This document shows positions 1 through 9,427 of a DNA stretch of 64,000 nt, piece after piece. Under the pieces are notes generated by a model. The model ran no database searches and had not been told where the DNA came from. It saw only the letters and a list, made by a program, of their open reading frames with translations. Positions within the stretch are counted from its first letter, which is position 1, and every line of letters begins with the position of its first letter. The position numbers were made by a program, and so were the translations under genes. Source of the stretch: Anaerolineales bacterium (GTDB lineage Bacteria; Chloroflexota; Anaerolineae; Anaerolineales; E44-bin32); contig DASWJQ010000057.1 of assembly GCA_036397095.1 (NCBI GenBank), positions 3,399-67,398 on the forward strand, in the 5' to 3' direction.

Positions 1-197
1 CCCTGACCTTCATCTCGTCTTCGGCCCAGCGCACCATCAGCGTCGGCATTCCAACCGAGCTGATTCGCGGAGATGTCTTCTACTGGCAGTCGCTGGTGGC
101 GGCGGCCGTAATCGTCGCCATACCGGTCGGCATCATCTACAACTTGTTCCTCGACCGGTTGGTGGAGGGCTTCACGATGGGTGCGTTGAAAGGCTAG
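1..197 (+). CDS. Carbohydrate ABC transporter permease, C-terminal part (gene starts before the window)
   Basis: Frame 3 reads LTFISSSAQRTISVGIPTELIRGDVFYWQSLVAAAVIVAIPVGIIYNLFLDRLVEGFTMGALKG*, which is the typical MalG-type C-terminus; TAG at 195-197. Confidence 0.85.
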   Translation, partial: LTFISSSAQRTISVGIPTELIRGDVFYWQSLVAAAVIVAIPVGIIYNLFLDRLVEGFTMGALKG

Positions 198-234
198 CGC
201 TGAGCGGTCAGCAGTCAGCCGTCAGCAAGAGCCC

Positions 235-299
235 ATAACACGAAGTCTCAATGTCACAAGCACATGCTCTGCCTTTAAGTCTTTGTGCCTTTGTGTTAT
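235..299. repeat. Inverted-repeat element of the AACCACGAAG...CTTTGTGGTT dispersed family
   Basis: ATAACACGAAG at 235-245 pairs with CTTTGTGTTAT at 289-299; related copies lie at 44221-44359 and 55770-56035. Confidence 0.55.
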
Positions 300-323
300 T
301 CGGTCTTTTCCCCGAGGGATACG

Positions 324-1238
324 CTAGAACTTACGAGTCCACTCGTCGGGCCAGCGTTCGACGACCTCCTTCTTCTGGGTGAAGAACTCGACGGCGTCCC
401 GGCCCTAGCCATGCAGGTCGCCGAAGAAGCTGTCCTTCCAACCGCTGAAGGGGAAGTGCGCCATCGGCGCCGCCACACCCAGATTGATGCCGATGTTGCC
501 GACCTCGGCTAGATAGCGGAACTGGCGAGCGGCCGCCCCGTTGCGGGTGAACAAACAGGCCATATTGCCGTAATTGCCGCTGTTTAGTAAACCGATCGCC
601 TCGTCCACCGTCTCGACGTGGATCAGCCCCAGGACCGGACCAAAGATTTCGGTGCGGGCCAACTCGCCCCCAGCCGGCAGATCGGCCAGGACAGTCGGCC
701 GGATAAAGAATCCATCCTCGTAGCCAGCGATCGAGGTCTGTCGGCCATCTGCCACCAGCCGCCCCCCCTCTCCGACACCGGTCCCTATCAACCGCTCGAT
801 CCTGTCCCTGGATTGCGCCGAGATCACGGGGCCCATCTCAATGGCGGCATCCAACCCCGATCCCACCCGGCGCTCGCGGGCAACCGTGCCAATCGCCTCG
901 GTGAATGTCTTTCCGCTTTCCCCAACCGTGATCGCCAGCGAGGCCGCCAGGCAGCGCTGCCCGGCGCAGCCGAAGGCGCTGTCGGCCACAATCGTGGTCG
1001 CGGCTTCCAAGTCGGCGTCGGGCAGCACCACCATTGGGTTCTTGGCGCCACCTTGCGCCTGGACCCGCTTGCCCGTGGCGGCCTTAGCCGCCTGATCGAC
1101 CTGCGAAGCCGGTGAGAGAGGGGTGGTAGCCAGCCTCTCGCCGGTGGCTGGATTGATAACTGCTAGACTCTCGGCGTCATCGACCAGGATCCAGTCACCG
1201 TTGATATAGTTGCGAACTGTACTCGGCACCTCGACCAT
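324..1238 (-). pseudogene. mmsA: CoA-acylating methylmalonate-semialdehyde dehydrogenase (MmsA/IolA family) with an internal deletion and an in-frame amber stop
   Basis: Motifs GGAKN, AGQRCLA, EIFGPV and FSGWKDSFFGDLHG are present. The N-terminus VDQAAKAA joins directly to TGKRVQAQGGAKN, so most of the NAD-binding domain is missing. TAG at 405-407 is followed in frame by GRDAVEFFTQKKEVVERWPDEWTRKF*. Confidence 0.85.
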
Positions 1239-1392
1239 CGCCGCACACCTTCCAACCCGGACGGATCTGCCCTACCTAGAATAGCATTCGCTGGCCAACT
1301 GCCCTGTACTATGGCCGGCGGCGAATGAGAAGGAATTCAGCTTTAAAGCGGGCCTGCTCCACCTCAATCGGCGCCTCTGCCGGACTCTGTCC

Positions 1393-2088
1393 CTAGCCCA
1401 ACGGCACCACCACCGTCGGATGCGCATCCTTGCGCGGGTTTTTCGAACCGATCTTGCACCAGCCCAACTCGACCCGGCTCTTGCCCGGGTTCCAGTAGCC
1501 CATGAAGGTGCCCTCCCCCTGGCGTGAATCAACCAACCACATCCATTGGGTGTCTTCGACCGTCCGCCCGTAGTAGTCAAAACGATGATCCTGGTGTTCT
1601 TCGGCCGACCGGCGCTGCAGCACAAGGTACTCGGGGAAGGTAAGCGAGGTCCAGTCTTTTTCCCGGAAGAGCTTGTCGATTTGGGGTCCTGTCCTTCCCC
1701 GGGTTTCATCCGGATAGCCATTGCCGCCGATCCTCAGCAGGTAGGCAGCCTCGGTCCGATTGCGAACTTCGGAGCTGGTAAGCAGGTCGTCCACCGGCGA
1801 AAAAGGCGGCTGATACTGCTCCCCTTCGGGCAAGCCGGCCAGCTCGGCGACCGCCGTTGCCTCCAGCAGCTTGGGCGCCTGCTCCAATTGGGCCGACGGC
1901 GGCGGAAGGACGAAACCCAAGTCCAACCCCGCCTTCAGCGCGCGTCGTAGCGCGGCTTCTTCGTCAGGGCTCGGGTTGACCTGCTCGGGCAGCGCGTTGG
2001 CCGAATCCGGCAAGCCATGCTCCTCGAAGAACAGCCGCGAAGCCTTCAGGACTCCAGCAACCTCCCTGGGACCACTGACTGGATACAT
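1393..2088 (-). CDS. Hypothetical protein (~231 aa)
   Basis: Long ORF with protein-like composition; SD AAGGAGG lies 8 nt before the ATG at 2088; no family recognised. Confidence 0.65.
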   Translation of the reverse strand: MYPVSGPREVAGVLKASRLFFEEHGLPDSANALPEQVNPSPDEEAALRRALKAGLDLGFVLPPPSAQLEQAPKLLEATAVAELAGLPEGEQYQPPFSPVDDLLTSSEVRNRTEAAYLLRIGGNGYPDETRGRTGPQIDKLFREKDWTSLTFPEYLVLQRRSAEEHQDHRFDYYGRTVEDTQWMWLVDSRQGEGTFMGYWNPGKSRVELGWCKIGSKNPRKDAHPTVVVPLG

Positions 2089-2264
2089 CCACCATGCCTC
2101 CTTCGCTTGCTGAACCTCGAGCTGCTGCCGGGGCGCGCCCAGGGTTTCCCAGGCCGCGCGGCACACTCGCTACCCGGTATAGCGGTCTGAGGCGCAATGC
2201 TGCGGGGCTCAATCCAGCTGGCACCCGATCGACACGTTCGGAGAGGTCCGCCTGCATACCCCGT

Positions 2265-2292
2265 GTAGATGCGTCGTATACAACGTCCCTAC
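2265..2292. repeat. REP-like GTAG...CTAC imperfect palindrome
   Basis: GTAGATGCGTCGTATACAACGTCCCTAC, intergenic. Confidence 0.5.
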
Positions 2293-2489
2293 AAGGCGCG
2301 TAAATGACCCAGAGGGGAGCGACCGCACCTCGCTCCCACGGATAGGTAACACGGAACACGGGACCCCAACTCCGTTTCCTGTGCCGCGAGTCCCGGATCG
2401 CCTTGTCTGCCGCCGCCTGCGACCTCTTTGACAGGCTCATGGGCGCTCAGCTTTGAGTGGTGTGCCCCCTGTGGGGACTCGAGCCGTAT

Positions 2490-2690
2490 TTAGGCCTTTA
2501 CCCGGTGCAGGAAGGCCCCGATCTGCTCGATCGCTTCTTCGGTCGTCATCCCGTAGTACAGCTGGATGATCGCCACCAAACGATCCAGATCCCCTTCGAC
2601 CCAGTGCAGCTCTTCGTTGGGGATCCCCGGCCACTCACGTCCGATTTCCCGGCCAAGTATGCCCCAATGATCACGCAGATAGCCTCGCAT
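2490..2690 (-). CDS. CsbD/YjbJ-like small stress protein (66 aa)
   Basis: MRGYLRDHWGILGREIGREWPGIPNEELHWVEGDLDRLVAIIQLYYGMTTEEAIEQI follows the W..W..G..D.L..Q..YG...EEA pattern; SD GGAGG precedes the ATG at 2690. Confidence 0.6.
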   Translation of the reverse strand: MRGYLRDHWGILGREIGREWPGIPNEELHWVEGDLDRLVAIIQLYYGMTTEEAIEQIGAFLHRVKA

Positions 2691-2846
2691 GTTGACCTCC
2701 CTTTGCCGGCCGGCCCTCGGATGTGGCCTGGTTCGCCGGCGGCGCTTGCCTGCTAGCTTGTCCCACTTCGGAGGTCCATTGGAGTGCCGCCGGATATGAT
2801 TGGAGGTCGATACGAAGGCCCAGACGCTTGTGGCGGGGCCCACCCT

Positions 2847-3659
2847 ATGCCGCCCCATGAAGGAGGCTGGACTATCGACCACATTCGTCGTCTATGGCGC
2901 AAACTTCGCCCCCCGGCCGAGCTCTCATCCCACGAGGCTCGCTTCCTGCAAGGTCGGCTGCCCTACCTGGCTGACCTAGCGCCGGCCGACCAGCAACAAC
3001 TACAGCAGTTGACGGCCCTATTCGTACGCCATAAGAAGTTCGAAGGTGCCGGCGGTATGCTGGTCGACCAAGCGGTCCGACTCACGATCGCCGGACAGGC
3101 GTGCCTGCTTCACCTGCGGCTCCCCGGTCCACTTTTCCCGACCTTGCGGACGGTGATCGTTTACCCTGGCACCTACCAGGTCGATGAAACCATCCGCCGC
3201 CCGGAGGGCGTCGAGCTTGCCATTCAGGAAGCGCGCGCCGGTGAGTCCTGGTCCCATGGCACATTGGTGCTGTCCTGGGAGGATGTGCTGGACGGATTTG
3301 CCGACCCGGCCGACGGCTGGAACGTCGTGTTTCACGAGTTCGCCCATCAACTCGATAGTGAGACCGGTGAAACCAACGGTGCACCGGCGCTGGCTCACCC
3401 AGAAGACTATGCGACATGGCAGCATCACTTCCGAGCGGGCTTCGAGCTTGCCCGGCAACGTATCCGTCGGGGGGAAGATGCCTACCCATTTGACGAGTAC
3501 GACACCGAGTCGCCGGCCGAGTATTTTGCCGCCGCCAGCGAGCTCTTCTTTGAGCTGCCAGCCGAACTCAAGGTCGCCGAGCCGGCCATCTATCGCCAAC
3601 TCGCCCACTTCTACAGACAGGATCCAGCCGCGCGGCGCTCGGGCCGGGCGACTGTATAA
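2847..3659 (+). CDS. Zinc-dependent peptidase, MtfA / peptidase M90 family (start uncertain)
   Basis: IAGQACLL, GESW, NVVFHEFAHQLD (HExxH), and PAEYFA..SELFFE.P. Confidence 0.9.
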   Translation: MPPHEGGWTIDHIRRLWRKLRPPAELSSHEARFLQGRLPYLADLAPADQQQLQQLTALFVRHKKFEGAGGMLVDQAVRLTIAGQACLLHLRLPGPLFPTLRTVIVYPGTYQVDETIRRPEGVELAIQEARAGESWSHGTLVLSWEDVLDGFADPADGWNVVFHEFAHQLDSETGETNGAPALAHPEDYATWQHHFRAGFELARQRIRRGEDAYPFDEYDTESPAEYFAAASELFFELPAELKVAEPAIYRQLAHFYRQDPAARRSGRATV

Positions 3660-3698
3660 TCGCCCACCCGAGCTGGCATCCGCCTTGGAGACCTACTC

Positions 3699-4949
3699 AT
3701 GCCCGTAAGTTCCATCGAACGCCTTCAGACGCTCTACGGCGTCAGCCTGGCGCTCAGTTCGGAGCTTGACCTGCAAGCATTGCTGCCGGAGGTCATCGAC
3801 CAGGTCATCGCAGTCACCGGCGCCGAGCGCGGCTTTCTCATGCTCGGCGGCGGCAAGGATGATCTGGTTTTCCATGTAGCCCGCGGCCTGGACCAAGCCA
3901 CGATCGAATCGCCCGAGTTCGAAGTCAGCCGCGGCGTCGTAGAAAAGGTTGCCGACAGCGGGGAACCGGTCCGCAGCCTCGATGCCCAGACCGAGGGCTG
4001 GTTGGCCGAACGCAAGAGCATTCATCAACTCAAGCTGCGATCGCTGATGTGTGTTCCGCTCAAGGCCAAGGGCCGGTCGATCGGATTGGTCTACGTCGAT
4101 AACCGGATGCAAGCCGGCATATTCACGCCCGACGATCTGGCCCTGCTTGAAGCCGTCGCCAGCTCGGCGGCCGTCGCCATCGAGAATGCACGCCTGTACA
4201 GCCTGGCGGTCCAGCAAGCTCGGATGGAGCGCGAACTTGAATTGGCAAGTGAATTACAGGCGGCGCTGATTCCCGCGCGGGCGCCTTCGATCCCCGGACT
4301 CGAACTCGCCGGGCAATGGCACGCCGCACTCGAAGTAGCCGGTGACTTCTACGACTTTATCCCCCTATCCAACGGACGACTAGTCGTCGTCATAGGCGAT
4401 GTGACCGACAAGGGCGTGCCCGCCGCCTTTTTCATGGGATTGTCCAGGACGACCTTGCGCGCCAGCCTGGCCGCCGACCTGAGCCTGTCGCAAGCCATCG
4501 AGCAGGCCAACCGGCTGCTGTGTGCCGACTCGAGCGGCGGCATGTTTGTCACGTTGTTTGCCATTTCTCTCGACCCGCAGCAGTGGCAGGTCGAGACGGT
4601 TTGCGCCGGCCACAATCCGCCGCTGCTGGTCCGGCCCGGATCGAAGACCGCTGAGGAGCTGCCTGGCGGGGGCATGCCTCTGGGAATCGAGGAATCTCAA
4701 GCGTACCCGGCAACCACGATCGAATTCGAGCCCGGCACCTTCCTGCTGCTGTACACCGACGGTGTGCCGGATGCGGTCAATGGCAGCGGCGAATTCTATG
4801 GACTGGCAAGGTTGCAGAAACTTGTGCCCAAAGCCGGCCGGCAGGGGCCGGAGAAGGCGTTGGCGATGATCCACGCCGATGTGCTCGCTTTCGCCGACGG
4901 GCAGGCGCCGTATGATGACCTGACCCTGGTGGGGTTGCGGCGTGTCTAA
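3699..4949 (+). CDS. GAF-domain PP2C/SpoIIE (RsbU-like) Ser/Thr phosphatase
   Basis: N-terminal GAF domain (RSLMCVPL, LVYVDNR); PP2C motifs VAGDFYD, IGDVTDKG, AGHNPP, LYTDG, DDLT. Confidence 0.92.
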   Translation: MPVSSIERLQTLYGVSLALSSELDLQALLPEVIDQVIAVTGAERGFLMLGGGKDDLVFHVARGLDQATIESPEFEVSRGVVEKVADSGEPVRSLDAQTEGWLAERKSIHQLKLRSLMCVPLKAKGRSIGLVYVDNRMQAGIFTPDDLALLEAVASSAAVAIENARLYSLAVQQARMERELELASELQAALIPARAPSIPGLELAGQWHAALEVAGDFYDFIPLSNGRLVVVIGDVTDKGVPAAFFMGLSRTTLRASLAADLSLSQAIEQANRLLCADSSGGMFVTLFAISLDPQQWQVETVCAGHNPPLLVRPGSKTAEELPGGGMPLGIEESQAYPATTIEFEPGTFLLLYTDGVPDAVNGSGEFYGLARLQKLVPKAGRQGPEKALAMIHADVLAFADGQAPYDDLTLVGLRRV

Positions 4950-7900
4950 GCGCGTCCTGGCCGACCGCTACCGGCTTACAGCCGAGTTGGGCCAAGGCGG
5001 CATGGGGACTGTCTACCGCGCCCATGATGAGCTGCTCGACAGACCGGTGGCAGTTAAGCTTCTCACCGACTCAAATCTGGGCTCGGAGGGCCGCAACAAC
5101 TTACTGCGCGAGGCCAAGCTGACGGCCCAACTCAACCATCCCAACATCGTCACCGTGTACGACGCTGGCGAATCCGAGGGTGCTCCCTTCATTGTGATGG
5201 AGCTGGTGGAAGGCACCAGCCTGTACCAGTCACCGCCCGAATCTCTCGAGACCACCCTGACTCTGGCCAGCCAGATTTGCGCCGCCCTTGAGCACGCCCA
5301 TCAACACAAGGTCATCCACCGGGACCTGAAGCCGGAGAATATCTTGGTCGGGCCCGAGGGCACCTACAAACTGATGGATTTTGGCCTGGCCCGCTCGATC
5401 ACGTCGCGGCTGACCTCGGAAGGCATTATCGTTGGCACGGTGTTCTACCTGGCGCCAGAACAAGCCATGGGCGAAGACATCGACGGGCGGGCCGATTTGT
5501 ACTCCCTGGGGGTTATGCTCTACGAACTGACGACCGGCCAGCTCCCTTTCCAGGCCGACGACCCGCTGGCCGTGATCTCCCAACACTTGCACGCCCCTGT
5601 GGTTCCGCCAAGCGCCATCCGGCCAGACCTTCCGGCCGCATTGGAGGCGGTCATCCTGCGCTTGCTGGCAAAAGATCCCCAGGCGCGCTTCGCTACCGCA
5701 GCCGAGGTTCAAGCAGAATTGGCGCGGCTGCAGGCGCAAACGCCTGCGGGGCCGTCGGCTTTGCCACCCGATGCTCGGCTCGAACAGTTGGCCCGCGGCC
5801 GGCTGGTGGGGCGGCAAGAGCAGTTCCAATCGCTGCTCGAACTCTGGCGCCTGGCGCAGGCCGGGCAGGGGCAACTGGCGATGCTTTCGGGCGAGCCAGG
5901 AGTTGGCAAGACGCGGCTGGCCAACGAAATGATCGTCGCGGCCAGAGTACACGGGGCCGTGATCTTGAAGGGTGGCTGTTACGAATTCGAGGCCAGTTCT
6001 CCTTATATGCCATTCGTCGAGGCACTTCGAGAGTGGGTCCACCAGTCTGAGGCGGCCGAACTGGCGGCTCACCTGGAAGGGTTGGCGGCCGGCCTCACCA
6101 AGCTTGCCCCCGAGGTCTCCACCAAGCTTGGCGAGTTCGAACCCCTGCCAGCGCTCAGCCTCAATGAAGAGCGCTTGCGGTTGTTTGACCATGTGGCCCG
6201 ACTCTTCCGGCGGTTGGCCGCGACCAAAGCGATGCTGGTGGTGCTGGATGACTTGCATTGGGCCGACACCGGCACCCTGCAGCTCCTTTCCTACCTGGTG
6301 CGTCACCTGGGTGACCACAAGGTGATGGTTCTGGGCTGCTACCGTGAGCTCGAACTTGACCGCGCTCACCCACTTGCCGAGGCGCTGGTAGCCTGGAACC
6401 GGGAACGTGTCGTCAGCCGCGTGTCGCTCGATCGCTTGACGATGGAGGAGACCGGTCACCTGCTGACGACTTTGTTCCAGGATGAAATCACCGACGAATT
6501 CCGCCAGGCCATTCACGATGAGACCGAAGGCAATCCCTTTTTCATCGAAGAGACCGTCAAGGCCCTGATCGCAGGCGGCAGCGTCTACCGGCAGGAAGGC
6601 AAATGGCAGCGGGCCGCCCTCGAAGATCTGGCCATCCCCCAGAGCGTCAAGGAAGCCATCGGCCGGCGCCTTGACCGATTGGATGAAGACAGTCTCGAGG
6701 TCCTGCATGCCGCCAGCGCCCTTGGCAAGAGCTTTGCCTACACCGAGTTGGCCGCGCTGTTCCCGGACGAAGATCCATTGCTCGACTCGCTTGACCAGGC
6801 CCGCCAGGCGCAGTTGCTCGACATCGCCGGCCCCGAGTCATTCGTTTTCACCCACGACAAGATCCGCGAGGTGCTCTACCAGGAACTCAACCCCATCCGA
6901 CGGCGCCGGCTCCATCAGCGCATCGGGGAGAGCCTCGAGAGCGCCATGGGTGGCAAGCCCAATGGCCGGGTGCAGGATATGGCCTACCACTTCGTCCAGA
7001 GCGGCGACCTGGCGCGCGGCATGCGATACTGCCTGCAAGCGGCCGAAGGCGCGCTTGAGGTCTTCGCTTTGGACGCTGCCTTGCAGTCCTTAGATGCCGC
7101 CGAAGACTGCGCTCGCAGCCTGGGCGACGAAGCAACCTTGGCCGTCATCCTGGTCAAGAAGGCGCGCACCCTGACATTCCAGGGTCGAAACCGGCAGGCC
7201 ATCGAAGCCACCCAAGCGGCGTTGGATCTGCCCCAGGCTTCAGGCTCACGCCTGGAAACCCTGGTTGACCTTGGCTCCTACCTGGTAGTCCTAAGCGATG
7301 AGCGGGCCCGCCCGACCCTGGAGCGGGCGCTGGACGAGATGGATGAGACCACCGACCCCAATCTGCGTTCGCTGGCGTTGACTTTGCTTGGCCGTGACTA
7401 TCACTACCGGGCCCAACATGGCCAGGCCGTAGCGCTTTATGAGCAGGGGTTGGCCCTGGTCGACCCCGACGAAGAACCGTACGCTGCCATCTCGGCCCAT
7501 CTTTACTTGGCAGGCGGGCTTCAGCACCAGGCCGAGTTTGACAAAAGCAATCAACACGCCAACCAGGCGATTGATATCGGTCAGCGGCATGGACACCTTT
7601 TCGGCATTGCTGCCGGCCACGAGTTCCTGGCGGAGAATGCGGCCACCTGCGGCGATTGGCAACCGGCCATTCAACATGCCGCCGAAGATGAGCGCATTGC
7701 CCGAGAAATTGGCTCGCTGGACCGTCTCGCCTGGGCGCAATTCGCCATGGCCTGGGCGCTCCACGGGCGCGGCGATCTCGCCACCGCCGCCGAGCAGGCC
7801 AGCTGCAGCCTACAGTTGGGCCAGGATTTGGGCGAGCTGCGGCTGGCCTCCTTTGCTGGTGGGCGGCTGGGAATGATCGAAGCCGATCGCGGCAACTTCG

Positions 7901-8490
7901 AGCTCGCCGAGCCGGTGGCCGTCCAATCCCTGGAATGGGCCGAGGGCTTTGGCCAGGTTGTGCTGCTCACAAATGCCCTTACGGCGCTTGCCCTGCTCGA
8001 GCTGCGCCGGGGGGAGATCGCGGCCGCGCATCGCCATTTGGCACAGGCCGAGGATCATTATGGAGAGACCGAAAACAAGACCAGCTTCCTGCTCTGCGAA
8101 CCGTTGCTGGCCGAGGTGCTCGTCTTGCTTGGCCGCGTCGACGAGGCCGGCGTGATCGTCGAGAGAGCCACAGCCTTAACCCAGCGCTGCGGCGCCCGCT
8201 CTCTTCAAGGCCAGCTTCATCGGGTTCGTGGTCTGATTCTGCTCGCCAACGAACAGCTTGAGGCCGCCGAGACCTCGCTCAACCGGGCGCTCGACCTGAG
8301 CACCGAGCTGGGCGGGCGGCCCGAGCAGGCCAGGACACATGTGGCCCTGGCTCAGTTACGCCAGAACCAGGACCAGCCAGTCCAGGTTCGCCAGGAACTG
8401 GAACAGGCGCTGGCAATCATGACGGAATGTGAGATGGCCCCGGAGGCCGCCGAGGTGCGAGCCCAACTCGCCGGTTTGGTTAAGGCATAA
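4942..8490 (+). CDS. Ser/Thr protein kinase fused to an AAA/STAND-type ATPase and TPR repeats
   Basis: Kinase motifs LGQGGMGTVY, VAVK, HRDLKPEN, DFG, YLAPE; Walker A GEPGVGKT; Walker B LVVLDDLHWAD; GNPFF; helical TPR-like C-terminal half. Confidence 0.93.
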   Translation: MSKRVLADRYRLTAELGQGGMGTVYRAHDELLDRPVAVKLLTDSNLGSEGRNNLLREAKLTAQLNHPNIVTVYDAGESEGAPFIVMELVEGTSLYQSPPESLETTLTLASQICAALEHAHQHKVIHRDLKPENILVGPEGTYKLMDFGLARSITSRLTSEGIIVGTVFYLAPEQAMGEDIDGRADLYSLGVMLYELTTGQLPFQADDPLAVISQHLHAPVVPPSAIRPDLPAALEAVILRLLAKDPQARFATAAEVQAELARLQAQTPAGPSALPPDARLEQLARGRLVGRQEQFQSLLELWRLAQAGQGQLAMLSGEPGVGKTRLANEMIVAARVHGAVILKGGCYEFEASSPYMPFVEALREWVHQSEAAELAAHLEGLAAGLTKLAPEVSTKLGEFEPLPALSLNEERLRLFDHVARLFRRLAATKAMLVVLDDLHWADTGTLQLLSYLVRHLGDHKVMVLGCYRELELDRAHPLAEALVAWNRERVVSRVSLDRLTMEETGHLLTTLFQDEITDEFRQAIHDETEGNPFFIEETVKALIAGGSVYRQEGKWQRAALEDLAIPQSVKEAIGRRLDRLDEDSLEVLHAASALGKSFAYTELAALFPDEDPLLDSLDQARQAQLLDIAGPESFVFTHDKIREVLYQELNPIRRRRLHQRIGESLESAMGGKPNGRVQDMAYHFVQSGDLARGMRYCLQAAEGALEVFALDAALQSLDAAEDCARSLGDEATLAVILVKKARTLTFQGRNRQAIEATQAALDLPQASGSRLETLVDLGSYLVVLSDERARPTLERALDEMDETTDPNLRSLALTLLGRDYHYRAQHGQAVALYEQGLALVDPDEEPYAAISAHLYLAGGLQHQAEFDKSNQHANQAIDIGQRHGHLFGIAAGHEFLAENAATCGDWQPAIQHAAEDERIAREIGSLDRLAWAQFAMAWALHGRGDLATAAEQASCSLQLGQDLGELRLASFAGGRLGMIEADRGNFELAEPVAVQSLEWAEGFGQVVLLTNALTALALLELRRGEIAAAHRHLAQAEDHYGETENKTSFLLCEPLLAEVLVLLGRVDEAGVIVERATALTQRCGARSLQGQLHRVRGLILLANEQLEAAETSLNRALDLSTELGGRPEQARTHVALAQLRQNQDQPVQVRQELEQALAIMTECEMAPEAAEVRAQLAGLVKA

Positions 8491-8617
8491 CCTCGGAGAC
8501 CCACTTGAGCCGAATTTGTGACACGGAAGCCCTGAGTGGTCCCCCCACCTCAAGCGCTCACGCCTTTCAGACCGGACGGGTCTGGTTTACAATCAAGCCA
8601 ATGGAGACACGCAAAGC

Positions 8618-9322
8618 ATGACACAACAGTCAGCCGTCCGACAGGATCCGCCTATTCGGCTGTTTAAGTCGGATTTCCTTGAATTCTTCAGCCACATCAG
8701 CCCGCTGGCGGTCGCCGCCATTTGGGCGCCGGTATCTGTGTTCTTTCTTGGGCGCGCCGTGCTCGCCTGGCAGCCGGGTACCAGCTGGCTGCATATCCCT
8801 GCCGGCATCTTCCTCGGCTGGTTCGTATGGACCTTCGTCGAGTACACGCTGCACCGCTTTCTGTTCCACTACCATCCACGCACCGAGCGGCTCAAGCGCA
8901 TGTTTTTCATGATGCACGGCGTCCATCACGCCCAACCGATGTGCCGCACGCGGTTGGTGATGCCGCCGGCGCTCAGCGTGCCGATGTCGTCCGTCTTCTT
9001 CGTGGGCGGGTATGCGCTGATCGTGGTCGGCCTGGGCGTACCCCAGTGGTTCGATCCGGTAATGGTTGGTCTGGTCGCCGGCTACCTGATCTATGATCTG
9101 ACCCACTATCAGATTCACCACGCCAACGTTACTTCCGGCTGGTTCTTCAAGCTGCGCAAGCACCATCTACGCCATCACGGCGCCTGCGATTTCATGCGCT
9201 TTGGCGTGTCGACCACGATATGGGACCACGTGTTCGGCACGATGCCGAAGGCCCCGTGCCAGGAGCTGATCAACCGGGGCTCGGGCAAGCCGGCCGATTG
9301 GGAGCCGCCTGCTCCGGCCTGA
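8618..9322 (+). CDS. Fatty-acid hydroxylase / sterol desaturase family protein (FA2H/Scs7-like, no cytochrome b5 domain)
   Basis: Four His boxes (HRFLFH, HGVHH, HYQIHH, HLRHH), RLVMPP, FGVSTTIWDHVFGT, and transmembrane segments. Confidence 0.9.
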   Translation: MTQQSAVRQDPPIRLFKSDFLEFFSHISPLAVAAIWAPVSVFFLGRAVLAWQPGTSWLHIPAGIFLGWFVWTFVEYTLHRFLFHYHPRTERLKRMFFMMHGVHHAQPMCRTRLVMPPALSVPMSSVFFVGGYALIVVGLGVPQWFDPVMVGLVAGYLIYDLTHYQIHHANVTSGWFFKLRKHHLRHHGACDFMRFGVSTTIWDHVFGTMPKAPCQELINRGSGKPADWEPPAPA

Positions 9323-9365
9323 CCGGCGACGAAGGGGGCCCGCGGCGTCTTGGACTAGAATCCAA

Positions 9366-9402
9366 CCGGCCGGTGCATAAATGCACCGGCCGGCTCTATT
9401 TT
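9366..9402. terminator. Hairpin, probable intrinsic terminator between convergent genes
   Basis: CCGGCCGGTGCAT-AA-ATGCACCGGCCGG is a perfect 13-bp stem, followed by CTCTATTTT. Confidence 0.75.
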
Positions 9403-9427
9403 GCCCACAAGTTTAGCCCCGCGGGGC

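Noticed and set aside
203..226. Heptamer run AGCGGTC-AGCAGTC-AGCCGTC-AGC
   Set aside because: Only about three copies; too short to assign a function.
1964..2440. 158-aa minus-strand ORF
   Set aside because: It overlaps the better-supported 1393-2088 gene, runs through a REP-like palindrome and has no recognisable motif.
2458..2487. tRNA 3'-end remnant or att site on the minus strand (GGCTCGAGTCCCCACAGGGGGCACACCA)
   Set aside because: The T-loop is imperfect, spacing to CCA is off, there is no 5' half and no integrase nearby. It may simply be a hairpin after the csbD-like stop.
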